Of a stretch of DNA of 64,000 nucleotides, positions 25,527 through 37,984 are shown piece after piece. Origin of the DNA: Mobula hypostoma. Taxonomy: Eukaryota. The stretch covers positions 240,500,001 through 240,564,000 of the forward strand of contig NC_086097.1 in NCBI RefSeq assembly GCF_963921235.1. Reading direction: 5' to 3'. The notes under the pieces are model-generated. The model was not told the DNA's origin, ran no database searches, and saw only the letters and a program-made list of their open reading frames with translations. Position 1 is the stretch's first letter. The number at the start of each line of letters is the position of its first letter. The position numbers were made by a program, and so were the translations under genes.

Positions 25527-27642
25527 TTTTGAGGTGACAGTCTGGCAGGCACTCTGTGAGCCACATGGAGAGGATATTGATGGGCTCACAGAGTACATCA
25601 CTGATTACATCAACTTCTGTGTGGACTGCAATGTTCCGGCAAGAACTGTCCTTTGTTATTCAAATAACAAGCCATGGGTAACAAAGGACATTAAGGACAT
25701 CCTGAACACTAAAAAGAGGGTGTTTAGAGATGGAAATAGGGAGGAGCTGAGGACAATACAGAGGGACCTGAAAGCCAGGATCAGGGAGGCTAAAGACAGG
25801 TACAGGAGGAAGCTTGAGTGGAAACTCCAGCAGAACAACATGAGAGAAGTCTGGAGTGGGATGAGGACCATCATTGGGTTCCAGCAAACTAGCAACAGAG
25901 GAGCTGAAGGCAGTGTGGACAGGGCCAACGAACTTAACCTGTTCTTTAACAGATTTGACATTGTGGCCCCTGCCCATCCCCCACATGATTCATCTGTTGT
26001 CGGCCCCCAACCAACACATATTCCACTCTCCCCTCCTACCCCTCTTCACAGTCCCCCACCCTGCTCTCATGACTATACCCCTTCCCCACACGAAACCACC
26101 ACGGTGGGCTTCACAGCTGAACGGGTGAGAAGACAGTTGAAACTTCTCCACCCAAGCAAGGCTGCAGGCTCGGATGATGTCAGTACCAGGGTGCTCAAAG
26201 CCTGTGCCCCTCAGCTATGTAGAGTACTTCACCATGTATTCAACCTGAGCCTGAGTCTCCAGAGGGTTCCTGTGCTGTGGAGGACGTCCTGCCTCGTCCC
26301 TGTGCCGAAGACGCCACATTGACCTCCCACATCATGAAGACCCTGGAGAGACTTGTTCTGGAGCTGCTCCAGCCTAGAGTCAGGCCACACTTAGATCCCC
26401 TCCAGTTCGCCTACCAGCCCCGACTAGGAGTTGAGGATGCCATCGTCTACCTGCTGAACCGTGTCTACGCCTACCTGGACAAGCCAGCGAGCACTGTGAG
26501 GGTCATGTTTTTTGACTTCTCCAGTGTGTTCAACACCATCCGCCCTGCTCTGCCGGGGGAGAAGCTGACAGCGACGCAGGTGGATGCTTTTCTGGTGCCG
26601 TGGATTATTGATTACCTGACTGGCAGACTACAATACGTGTGCTTGCAACACTGTGTGTCAGACAGAGTGATCAGCAGCACTGGGGCTCCACAGGGGACTG
26701 TCTTGTCTCCCTTTCTCTTCACCATTTACACCTCGGACTTCAACTACTGCACAGAATCTTGCCATCTTCAGAAGTTTTCTGATGACTCTGCCATAGTTGG
26801 ATGATTCAGCAAGGGAGATGAGGCTGGGTACAGGGCTATGGTAGGAAACTTTGTCACATGGTGTGAGCAGAATTATCTGCAGCTTAATATGAAAAAGACT
26901 AAGGAGCTGGTGGTAGACCTGAGGAGAGCTAAGGTACCGGTGACCCCTGTTTCCATCCAGGGGGTCAGTGTGGACATGGTGGAGGATTACAAATTCCTGG
27001 GGATATGAATTGACAATAAACTGGACTGGTCAAAGAACATTGAGGCTGTCTACAAGAAGGGTCAAAGCCGTCTCTATTTCCTGAGGAAACTGAGGTCCTT
27101 TAACATCTGTCGGATGATGCTGAGGATGTTCTACAAGACTGTGGTGGCCAGTGCTATCATATTTGCTGTTGTGTGCTGGGGCAGTAGGCTGAGGGTAGCA
27201 GACACCAACAGAATCAACAAACTCATTCGTAAGGCCAGTGATGGTGTCGGGATGGAACTGGACTCTCTTACGGTGGTGTCTGAAAAGAGGATGCTGTCTA
27301 AGTTGCATGCCATCTTGGACAATATCTCCCATCCACTACATAATGTACTGGGTGGGCACAGGAGTACATTCAGCCAGAGACTCATTCCACCGAGATGCAA
27401 CACAGAGCATCATAGGAAGCCATTCCTGCCTGTGGCCATCAAACTTTACAACTCCTCCCTTGGAGGGTCAGACACCCTGAGCCAATAGGCTGGTCCTGGG
27501 CTTATTTCCATCTGGCATGATTTACATATTACTATTTAATTATTTATGGTTTTATATTGCTATATTTATACTCTATTCTTGGTTGGTGCAACTGTAACAA
27601 AACCCAATTTCCTTCAGGATCAATAAAGTATGACTACGACTA
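25527..27642 (+). mobile_element. Rex1/Babar LINE, 2.1 kb, lightly decayed
   Basis: ITDYINFCVD...KPWVT; LDPLQFAYQP, FFDFSSVFNTI, GAPQGTVLSPFLF, KFSDDS; 3' GGATCAATAAAGTATGACTACGACTA. Confidence 0.9.
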
Positions 27643-28465
27643 TGAAGGATGTCTTTTGCCATCCCTATTCTTCTTTTGATGTCCATGTCGCACCTGCCAT
27701 CTGATGTCACCCAGCTTCCTAAGCAGCAAAAGTTCTGTACTTGTTTTATGTCTTCCCCATTTATTCTCAGCCTGCAGATAGGATTCTCCTTCTTTTTGGA
27801 TATCACTATACATTCTGTCTTTTTACAATTGATAGATAGACCCATTTTTGCACCTTCTTCAACAATTATATCAATTAAGTTTTGTAGTTCTTCCTCCGTA
27901 CTTGCAATTAACACAGTGTCATCTGCATATCTGAAATTGCTGATGTTTTCACCACCAACTTTGATTCCCAAGATATCTCTTATTTTTTGTAATATTGTTT
28001 CACTGTACACATTAAATAAATCAAGGGAGAAAACACACCCTTGTCTAACACCTCTCTTGATTTTTGTAAACTAACTCACTTTTCCATCTATTCTTACAGC
28101 TGCAGTTTGTTCCCAGTACAGATTTCTGATTAGGTGGAGGTCTTTTGAATCTAGATCTAGAGTTTCCTGTAATATTTCAAATAACTTATTGTGCTTCACT
28201 TTATCAAATGCTTTTATATGGTCGATAGAATAAACAAGCAAATCTTTTTGCACTTGAATAGTTCATTCTGATAGTATCCTTAACATCAATATTACGTTTC
28301 TTGTACCTTTGTCTTTCACAAAACCACTGTGTTCTTTGGCTATTTCAGCTTGTATCTTACTTTTAGCTCTTGTCATGAAACTTCTTAGAAGTCTCTTGGT
28401 GATATGACTCATTAAATTTATGGTCCTATGTAATTCACATTCTATTGCTTCAGCTTTCTTAGGAA

Positions 28466-29057
28466 TGTTATGATGAGGTTGTATAAGGCATTGGTGAGGC
28501 CGAATCTGGAGTATTGTGTTCAGTTTTGGTCACCAAATTACAGGAAGGATATAAATAAGGTTGAAAGAGTGCAGAGAAGGTTTACAAGGATGTTGCCGGG
28601 ACTTGAGAAACTCAGTTACAGAGAAAGGTTGAATAGCTTAGGACTTTATTCCCTGGAGCGTAGAAGAATGAGGGGAGATTTGATAGAGGTATATAAAATT
28701 ATGATGGGTATAGATAAAGTGAATGCAAGCAGGCTTTTTCCACTGAGGCAAGGGGAGAAAAAAACCAGAGGACATGGGTTAAGGGTGAGGGGGGAAAAGT
28801 TTAAAGGGAACATTAGAGGGGGGCTTCTTCACACAGAGAGTGGTGGGAGTATGGAATGAGCTGCCAGACGAGGTAGTAAATGCGGGTTCTTCTTTAACAT
28901 TTAAGAATAAATTGGACAGATACATGGATGGGAGGTGTATGGAGGGATATGGTCCGTGTGCAGGTCAGTGGGACTAGGCAGAAAATGGTTCGGCACAGCC
29001 AAGAAGGGCCAAAGGGCCTGTTTCTGTGCTGTAGTTTCTATGGTTCTTTGGTTCTAT
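28466..29057 (+). mobile_element. CR1 3' fragment nested in RTE
   Basis: ORF 28470..28859 LYKALVRPNLEYCVQFWSP...LERRRMRGDLIEVYKIM; tail TTCTATGGTTC repeats. Confidence 0.9.
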
Positions 29058-32000
29058 GAAGAGTGATAAATACTGATTTTTTCATCTCTTCTGGTATTAT
29101 TCCAGTCTCATAAATATCATTGATTAAATCAGTAAGTTTTTCAATTCATAATCTTCAAGGGCGATAATTTGTTCTATTACTAATTCATCAGGACCTGCTG
29201 CCTTTCCTTTCTTCATCTTATTTATTGCATTACGAATTTCAGATTTTAAAATACTTGGACCTTCAATGTTTTTCTTAATTTCTGGTTTCTCGCCTCGATC
29301 GTCTTCAAACAATTCCTAAATATTCTCAGTCCATCTGTTCATAATCTCATCTTTTTCCATGATAATGCTACCGTCCTTTGCTTTCAAACATCCACCTGAA
29401 GAACAGAGGAGCTTTTTACCAGTGATGTTCTTGATTTGTTGATGTAACCTTTTTGGATCAGTAATAGGGATTCTTTCTATTTGCTCACATTCCTGGTTTA
29501 ACCATTCCTCTTTGGCTTTTTGACATAAGCTTTTAACTCTTTTATCTAAGGACTTATATTCTGTAGGATTTGGTTTCTTCCATTAGATTTTTGATTTCAT
29601 CTGTCATCCATTTATTCTTTGTGCTTTTTTCTTTTTTAGGAATCACTGACTTTGCTGATTCTACCAAGGCATCCTTTAGAGAGTTAAACTTCATTTCTAC
29701 ATGATTGCTATCATCTTCAACAGATTCTATTTCTGGACTTTGAAATCCATTCCTTACTTCATTTGTAAATTTTTGTCTTAAGTTTTTTTCTTTAATTCTT
29801 GGCAAGTAGTCAAGGGATCGTTCAGGTTTTTGCTTTAGTTTTTTACTTTTACATGACATACTACTGGGTTATGGTCACTATTACAGTCTGCACATGGATA
29901 TGTTTTGCATTGAGTCACTGAGTTTCTAAATCTAAAAAATAATAAAAATAAAAATAATAATAATAAATAAACAAATAAATCAATTACATATATTGAATAG
30001 ATTTTTTTAAATGTGTAAAAACAGAAATACAGTATATTTTTTTAAAAAACGAGGTAGAGTCCAAAGATTCAATGTCCATTTAGGAATCAGATGGCAGAGG
30101 GGAAGAAGCTGTTCCTGAATCACTGAGTGTGAGCCTTCAGGCTTCTGTACCTCCTACTTGATGGTAACAGTGAGAAAAGGGCATGCCCTGGGTGCTGGAG
30201 GTCCTTAATAATGGACGCTGCCTTTCTGAGACACCGCTCCCTGAAGATGTCCTGGGTACTTTGTAGGTTAGTGCCCAAGATGGAGCTGACTAGATTTACA
30301 ACCTTCTGCAGCTTCTTTCAGTCCTGTGCAGTAGCCCCTCCATACCAGACAGTGATGCAGCCTGTCAGAATGCTCTCCAAAGTACAACTATAGAAGTTTT
30401 TGAGTGTATTTGTTGACATGCCAAATCTCTTCAAACTCCTAATAAAGTATAGCCGCTGTCTTGCCTTCTTTATAACTACTGTTGGAACCAGGTTACATCC
30501 TCAGAGATCTTGACACCCAGAAACTTGAAACTGCTCACTCTCTCATGGCTGATCTTTTTTTTTTGCTCATGCTGATGATAATGCTGATAATAACTTATAG
30601 GTGTTTAATACTAAGTGCAAGCAAAAGACAATAACCATAAAGTTAAAATAGAATGAGACTGCAAGTAAGACTGAATCTTGAAATTATGGGAGAAAAAGAT
30701 ACGTATTTCCATGTAGCTGTGGTACAATGACAAACTTCTTAAGTCGATTTGTTTTTATGCCTCTGTGGACAATGCCAGAAAATCTGGAACTCATCTTTGC
30801 CGATAACTTCCAATCCAGCTGTCTGACAGTGGAGAAAGAAAAATAAGCTGTGAAGTTTTTTTTTGTTTGTTTTCTCTTCTATTTTCTCTCCTACACCCAT
30901 TAATATCAACAAGTACTCAGCAGTGACCTAGTGTGATTACAAACTGTCTCAGTATCGGATGGTTTTACACCTTGTGGTGTTTAATCCATATCTCAAGTAA
31001 CTTTATTGAAAACTTGGATTGTGAAAGCATGGAATCTGTCACAAATTATATAATTAAATCCTCACTCTGGAGATTTTCATGTGAAATTCAGTCTTTGAAG
31101 AGTTATTTCACCTAAAACACTAACCTCAGTTAAACGCTTACTGTGTTTTAAATTCATTAAGGATGGTTGACTCATTTGGCGATCACATCAAACAGTTTTA
31201 AATGGGAAGACCTCCTTGGTGGAAAGATAACCCTTTAATTATAAGGGATCATGCAAAATTTATAGAGCCACTTTTACAATTTCGCAGTTCTTCTGCAAAG
31301 ACAAGCTGTTCTATATTTACATGTAAAGAAACCTCAGAAAAGAAATCAAATAGTTGAGCCTATATTCAAACTATTATTATTACTTATTCATCAAATTGAT
31401 GCTTTTTACTGTAGCACCAGTGTGGTTATGTACCGCCCTTGCCCCACATCCAAGGAGTTCCATGTGGCCAAAAAAAAAGCTAGAAGTGAACAAGTTTATA
31501 TTCCAGTCAAATTTTATCTCTATTATGTATTTTGAGTTGCTGAATAGTGGAACATCTTACAGTAGGATAAATCTGGCAGGAAGCTGCTAGTAGACAACAA
31601 TGGCTGGAACATGAGTGTTTAAATAGTCACTGTTCAGCTACCTAACATTCATGCAAAAGCCTAAAATCTGAAAAGGACAATTTATTTTAAAGAAGGGCCT
31701 TTGGCTTATGACTCATTCTGTCCTTGTCAGGAGTTGATGCACCAGCTCACAGTCGAATTTTTACAACATTTTGGCGCAGTGCTGGAGATCAAGTCCTGAT
31801 TTCCATGCCAAACCACTTATGTTACTGGATATAATGCATATCATAAACTTGAAAACCACAGCTATTCTGAGATAAAATAACAATGAATAAGCTGGAATAC
31901 ACTCCTAATGTTTAATTATGTCACCATGGATGCAGTCGTATGACTAACCAAGTCTCAAAAATTACAGAGTTGCCCTTTTTAGTTATTTTCCACCAAATGT

Positions 32001-32059
32001 TTGACTCTGCTTCTCTCTCCTTCAATGTAAATCCTGACTTTTCCATTAATATTTCCATT

Positions 32060-32960
32060 CACAACACTCAGCAGATTTACAGATGACCCCAAGATGGGGC
32101 TTAGTGGGCAATGAGGAAGACTATCAATGCTTGCAGCATGCAAAATGGGCTGGAAAGCGGCAGATTGAATTTAATACAGTCAAGTGTGAGGTGTTGCTCT
32201 TTGAGAGTACACTCCAGGGTAGGATCTACAGTGAATGGCAGGGCACTGGGGAGCATGCTAGAACAGAGGGATCTGGGACTGCAAATCCATAATTCCTTCA
32301 AAGTGGTGTCACAGGTACATAGGTTGGTAAAGAAATCTTGTGGCACATTGGCCTTCGTAAAGCAGAAAATTGAGTACAGGAGTCGAGATGTAATGTTGAA
32401 GTTGTATAAGGTGTTTCTGATGCCAAATTTGGAGTGTGGCGTGCAGTTTTGGCCACCTGCCTACAAGAAAAATGTCAAACAAAAGTTACGAGGATGTTGT
32501 TAATACTTGAGCAACTGTGTTATGGGGAAAGGTTGAAGAGGTTAGAACTTTATTTCCTGGAGTGTAGGAGGAAGAGAGAAAACTTGATAGAGGTATATAA
32601 CAATTATGAATGCTTACATAGAATAAATGCAAGTAGGCTTTTGCCACTGACGTCAGGTAAGACCAGAAATATAAGTCATTAGTTAGGGAGAAAGATTAAA
32701 TATTAAGGGGAAACTGAGGGAAATCTTCTTCACGCAGAGGGAGTTGCAAGTGTAGAATGAGCTGTCAGTGGAAATGGTGGCTGCGGGCTCAATTGCAACT
32801 TTTAAGAGAATTTTGGATGAACACATGGATGGGAGGGGTAGGGAGGGCTATAGCCCAGATGCTGGTTGATGGGACTAGGTAGTGTAGCAGTTCAACATGG
32901 ACAAGATGGGCTGAAGAAAGGCCTGTTTCTTTGCAATAGTGCACCATGACTCCATGATTC
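32060..32960 (+). mobile_element. Old CR1 3' fragment
   Basis: ORFs 32083..32292, 32111..32503 (RDLGLQIHNS...LYKVFLMPNLECGVQFW). Confidence 0.8.
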
Positions 32961-32991
32961 CATATTCTGCAGATCAATTTTAGTTCCCAGG

Positions 32992-33776
32992 TTATAGGAA
33001 AACAGATTATTATCTGAATGGTGGCCAATTAGGAAAAGGGGAGGTGCAGTGAGGCCTGGGTGTCATTATACACCAGTCATTGAAAGTGGGCATGCAGGTA
33101 CAGCAGGTGGTGAAAAAGGCGAACGGTATGCTGGCATTTATAGCGAGAGGATTCGAGTACAGGAGCAGGGAGGTACTACTGCAGTTGTACAAGGCCTTGG
33201 TGAGACCACACCTGGAGTATTGTGTGCAGTTTTGGTCCCCTAATCTGAGGAAAGACATCTTTGCCTCAGAGGGAGTACAAAGAAGGTTCGCCAGATTGAT
33301 TCCTGGGATGGCAGGACTTTCATATGAAGAAAGACTGGATGAACTGGGCTTGTACTCGTTGGAATTTAGAAGATTGAGGGGGGATCTGATTGAAACGTAT
33401 AAGATCGAAAAGGGATTGGACAGGCTAGATGCAGGAAGATTATTCCCGATGTTGGGGAAGTCCAGAACGAAGGGCCACAGTGAGGATAGAGGGGAAGCCT
33501 TTTAGGACCGAGATTAGGAAAAACTTCTTCACACAGAGAGTGGTGAATCTGTGGAATTCTCTGCCACAGGAAACTGTTGAGGCCAGTTCATTGGCTATAT
33601 TTAAGAGGGAGTTAGATATGGCCCTTGTGGCTACAGGGGTCAGGGGGTATGGAGGGAAGGCTGGGGCGGGGTTCTGAGTTGGATGATCAGCCATGATCAT
33701 AATAAATGGCGGTGCAGGCTCGAAGGGCCGAATGGCCTACTCCTGCACCTATTTTCTATGTTCTATGTTTCTATGT
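32992..33776 (+). mobile_element. Young CR1 3' fragment (CTATGTTT family)
   Basis: Near-identical to 9690-10472; ORFs 33080..33505, 33429..33677. Confidence 0.95.
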
Positions 33777-34026
33777 TATTCCTTTGCTTGAGGCAAATCA
33801 TACTTCCCTGTGAGTCAATATCAACAGCAAACCCAGTGAATGCCAGAGACCTGACTGAAGCATTTGCAACCATGCTCAGCCATGGGGACCAGATAGATGA
33901 CCCATCGCAGCCTTCTAAGAATCTCAGCATCACAGAAGCCAGCATTCACCCAACTTGGCAGGCTCCATGTAATATTAAGAAACAGTTGAAACAGCTGGAG
34001 CTAGAAAAACTATGGAACCAGAGACT

Positions 34027-34645
34027 GAAAACACAAGAGATTCTGCAGATACTGGAAACATTGAGCAATACACCCAAAATGCTAGAGGAACACAGGATGT
34101 CAGGCAGCATCTATGGAGAGGAATGAACAGTCAATGTTTTGGGCCAAGATCCTTCATCGGGATTGGAAAGGAAGGGAGCAGAAACAAGAATAGGAAGGTG
34201 GAGGGTGGGGAAGGAGTACAAGCTAGCAGGTGATGGGGTGAGGCCAGGTGAGGGGGAAGATGTGTGGGTGGGGGAGGGGGATGAAGTAAGAAGCTGGAAT
34301 GGGATAGGTGGAAGAAGTAAGGGGCTGAAGAAGAAGGAATCTAATAGGAGAGGACAGTGCACCAAGGGATGGAGGATGGGAACAAAAGGTAGGTGATGGG
34401 AGAGTGAGGAAAAGAGAGGGTAATCAGAATGAGGGACAAAATAAAGACAGAAGGAGGGAGGGATAGGAATTACAGGAAGTTAGAAAAAGTGATGTCAATG
34501 CCATCAGGTTAGAGGCTTCACAAACAATGCTGCTACTCCAGCCTGAGTTTGGTCTCATTGTGGCAGTCGACAGTTCATGGATCAACATGTCAGAATGGGA
34601 GTGGGAAGTCAAATTGAAATAGGTAGCCACCAGAAAGTCCTGCAG
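34027..34645 (-). mobile_element. PLE 3' fragment (GIY-YIG tail, UTR, degenerate hammerhead)
   Basis: ORF 34424..34630 ATYFNLTSHSHSDMLIH matches 381..707; terminal region matches 1-200. Confidence 0.85.
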
Positions 34646-35319
34646 TACTGAAGAATTGTGCTCCTGAAACTCACTAAGCCTGCATCACAGCAATTCTGGT
34701 GCAGTTATATCACTTCCATCTTTCAAATATTGCAAAAAATTGCCCGAGTCTATCCAGTTCAGAAAGACAGGACAAATCAGATCTATGTGTTTAATTACTA
34801 GTAGGTCTACTGACACTTTCCACCAAAATGATGGAAGTTTTTGTTGAAGGGATATGAAGCCACAGAGATTTATTCTTCAATTTGGAGTCTCACCAGCACA
34901 ACTCAGCACCAAATCTCATTGCGGCCTACATCAAAACAAACACTGAAGAGCTAATATCCATGACGACCTCAGGGTCAAGTAGAATTTGACTGAATGGACC
35001 TCAAGAGCCATTATAAACTGAAGTAAATGAGAATTGAATGGGAGAACTAAATTGGACATAAGAAAATAGCTGCAATGATTAGGTCAATCAATCCATCTTG
35101 TGGCCATCACTGTTGAAATTCCTTGAGGATGTACCCTAGGTTCAGCCTTCTTCAGCAGCTTCATACTGACTGCCCTTCCATCGTGAGATCAGAAATAGGA
35201 ATTGTTATTGATGACTGCATGATGGTCAAGTCCATTTGCAGCTCCTCGGCAAATGAAGCAGTCCATATCTGTATTTAATAAGATTTCGAGAACTCAGACA
35301 TAAATGTTCAGAGAAGCCC

Positions 35320-35660
35320 AATAGAGTGGATACGGAGAAGACAGTTCCAACAGTGGGTGAGTCTAGGACTAGGACCACGAGCACAGCCTCAGAATTCAAG
35401 GACATTCCTTTTGAACAGAAATGATGAGAAGTTTCTGCAGCCAGATAATGGTGAATCTGTGTATTTCATTGACACAGTCAGCTGTGGAGGCCAAGTCATT
35501 GGGTATATTTAAAGTGGATGTTGACAGGATCTTTATAAGTAAGGGCGTCAAAGATTATGGAGAGAAGGCAGGAGAATGTAATTGAGAAGGATAAAATGCT
35601 GGAGCAGACTCAATAGGCCAAATTCTGCTCCTATGTCTTATAGCTTTATAGTCTTATGAA
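35320..35660 (+). mobile_element. CR1 3' fragment
   Basis: GCACAGCCTCAGAAT...GGTGAATCTGTG...GGAGGCCAAGTCATTGGGTATATTTAAAG...CTGCTCCTATGTCTTAT. Confidence 0.8.
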
Positions 35661-35951
35661 AAATGCATTACTCCTAGGCTGCTCTGACAGGATTGCCCTA
35701 GTCCACGACCTCCACCACCAAGTCAAGGACACTAGGCATAGGAGTACCACCAACCGAAGAGAACATCACCACTGACAGAATCCCCCTCCAACTCCCCTCC
35801 CAAAGACTACCCACCCAAAATGCACATCACTTGCCTTGGAAATATAAACCTGAACTCCTTCACTGTATCCGACTCTGAATTCTGGAACTCCGACCAAGAG
35901 TATGGTGGAAAAATATGAATCAAAAAGATACTACTGATTTTGAAGACTATG

Positions 35952-36170
35952 GTGTTGGGCACGTGGCCAAGTGGTTAAGGCGTTCGTCTAGTGATTTGAA
36001 GGTCACTAGTTCGAGCCTCAGCTGTGGCAGCGTGTTTGTGTCCTTGAGCAAGGCACATAATCACACATTAGTCTAGTCTGTGTGAGGAGTAGCGCCCCAC
36101 ACAGACTTCCAATCTGCGCCTTGAAAATGCCCGACGCAGACCTCTCATGGTCTGAGTCGACGTTTCCCCC
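35952..36170 (+). mobile_element. tRNA-derived SINE with CORE-like domain (copy 1)
   Basis: A box TGGCCAAGTGG, B box AGTTCGAGCC, CORE-like GTGTCCTTGAGCAAGGCAC; second copy at 42670-42868. Confidence 0.85.
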
Positions 36171-36339
36171 AAGAAGACTGATCACCACCTTTATAAAAAT
36201 AATTAGGGATGAGCCAAAAACAGTAGGACTCACTGAGAAGTCCACATTCTAATTATCCTAAAACATCATACCTGCCAATCTGCAACTGTGCTGCACATTC
36301 ATCAGCCTTATTCTGTATACTCCATGCATTCAGATACAA

Positions 36340-36632
36340 CTCCTTCCGTTCTCGCTAGGATATTCGTCCCCCTTCAGCTCAGGTGCAAACCGTTCCTTCT
36401 GCACAGGTCCCACCTTCCCCGGAAGAGAGTCCAATGATCCAAAAATCTTATGCCCTCCCTCCTACACTACCTCCTTAGCCACAAATTAAACTGGCTAGTC
36501 CTAGCCTCACTAGCACGTAGAATGACTAGCAATCCTGAGATCACATCCCTGGAGCTCCTGCCCCTTAACTTAGCATCTAACTCCCTGAACTCCCTGTGCA
36601 GAACTTTGTCACTCATCCCACCCATGTCATTG
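36340..36632 (-). mobile_element. CR1 ORF1 C-terminal fragment
   Basis: Homologous to 14440-14770 (GGTCCCACCTTCCCC...CCAATGATCC...AGCAATCCTGAGATCAC). Confidence 0.7.
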
Positions 36633-36720
36633 ACAGCTGAAGGGTCTCATCCCGAAACGCCGACTGTACTCTTTTCACGGATGCTACCTGGCCTCCAGAA
36701 TTTTGTGTGCGTTGCTTGGA
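36631..36720 (+). mobile_element. Short PLE terminal copy beginning at the hammerhead
   Basis: GCTGAAGGGTCTCATCCCGAAACGCCGACTGTACTCTTT...GATGCTACCTGGCCT...TTTTGTGTGCGTTGC. Confidence 0.75.
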
Positions 36721-37245
36721 CAAAACACCAGTGTGCAAAAGATGATAAACTATGCAGATACCAAAAAAAGTTTTAAAAAAATAATAAATATATAAGCAAG
36801 AAATATCAAGAATATGAGATGAAGAGTCCTTGAAAGTGAATCCGTGGGTTGTGGGAACATTGCAGCGATGGGGCAAGTGAAGTTAAGCAAAGTTATCTCC
36901 ACTGGTGCAAGAGCCTGACGATTGAGGGGTAATCACTGTTTCTGAAACAGGCAGTGTGAGTCCATATAACCATATAACCATACATATGAGACTCCTGCAT
37001 CTTTTTCCTGATGGCAGCAGTGAGAAGAGATCATACCCTGGGTGGTGGAGTCCCAGATGATGCATGCTGCCTTCCTATGACAGTGTTCCATGTAGATGCG
37101 CTCAATGGTAGGGAAGGCTTTACCTATGATGGTCCGGGCCATATCCGCTAATTTTTGAAGGACTTTCCTTTCAAGGGCATTGGTGTTTCCATACCAGTCT
37201 GTGATGCAACCTGTCAATATACTCTTCACCACACAGCCATAGAGG
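36720..37245 (-). mobile_element. Rex1/Babar 3' fragment
   Basis: ORFs 36933..37232 (SILTGCITDWYGN) and 36883..37065 (HHPGYDLFSLLPSGKR). Confidence 0.85.
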
Positions 37246-37420
37246 TCAAAACACCCGAAACATCCACTCCCTTGGTGACCAGTGGATCTAGTGTTACCAC
37301 CTACAAAATGGCCGGCAAGCCCATTTAGGCTATATTATTAATTTTATATTATATTATTTGTAACTGTATGTTTTCTGATACAGTAAATATCTATTTGATA
37401 TGTGCTATGAGCTGTGTGTG

Positions 37421-37613
37421 TCCCGCTTGGCGGCACTATAATCTCAGTGCCAGACTCCAGAGCGAAGTTTCCCAAATTCGAATCCAAGTCGGGTTGAGCG
37501 TTCAGCTGGCAACTCGGCCTCGTAAAAACAAGAATAGCTTGCTACGGGAACACAGTCAAAAAGACGGTGCCCCGATAACTCCACTGCCGAGTTAAGGGCT
37601 ATTCTTCTTCTTC
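37421..37613 (+). mobile_element. Short SINE with (TTC)n tail and 13-bp TSD, probably RTE-mobilised
   Basis: TSD TGAGCTGTGTGTG at 37408-37420 and 37614-37626; B-box-like ATTCGAATCC; GGGTTGAGCGTTCAGCTGGCAACTCGGCCTCGTAAAAA; tail TTCTTCTTCTTC. Confidence 0.8.
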
Positions 37614-37984
37614 TGAGCTGTGTGTGACCGTTGATACTGTGTCTTGCACCTTGGCCCCGAAGGAAAGCCATTTTGATTGGCCGCATTCCTGGGTATGGTT
37701 GGATGACAATTAAACATGAACTTGGACTTGAGTCGGAGTACGGAGTACGGCCTACAGTTTGGGGTCCTGTCATCGGCAAGTCTTGGGACTGATACTGAAG
37801 TCTGAAGGGCAAAGTCCTAGTGTTGGGGTGTCTGGAAGTCGAAGCCCGGTGGACAAAATCCAGGGTTCGTGTGTCTGTAAGTCTGAGGTCCGATAAATAA
37901 AGTCCTGGGTTGACACGTCTGGAAGTCAAAGGCCTAAAGAGAAAAGAAAAGCTCAAGTTTTTTTTTTTCCTTCCTTTTTTTATA

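Larger units (their letters stand above)
25001..29932 (-). mobile_element. RTE-clade LINE (BovB-like) with (GAT)n tail, interrupted by Rex1 and CR1
   Basis: ORFs 25035..25601 (LKCYVYPVMLYGSECWT...AEMWFLRRM), 27573..28010 (NFRYADDTVLIA), 28071..28253, 29124..29312, 29554..29859; (CAT)n at 25001-25033. Confidence 0.9.
24080..30545 (-). mobile_element. Rex1/Babar 3' fragment ((CTGATT)n tail) split by hAT and RTE insertions
   Basis: Tail TCAGAATCAGAATCAGG at 24081; resumes 24974-25000 and about 29933-30545; collinear with the copy at 59529-62742. Confidence 0.75.
33780..35940 (+). mobile_element. Highly decayed older LINE (CR1/L2-group) interrupted by PLE and CR1 fragments
   Basis: Degenerate RT-like stretch 35075-35290 (...CCTTCCATCGTGAGATCAGAAATAGGA...TTGATGACTGCA...AATGAAGCAGTCC). 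Confidence 0.45.

Noticed and set aside
25480..26322. 280-aa ORF as a single gene
   Set aside because: Chimeric: first codons are antisense RTE, the rest is Rex1/Babar ORF
35958..36030. tRNA gene
   Set aside because: A/B boxes present but continues into a SINE body and has a diverged second copy; no convincing acceptor stem
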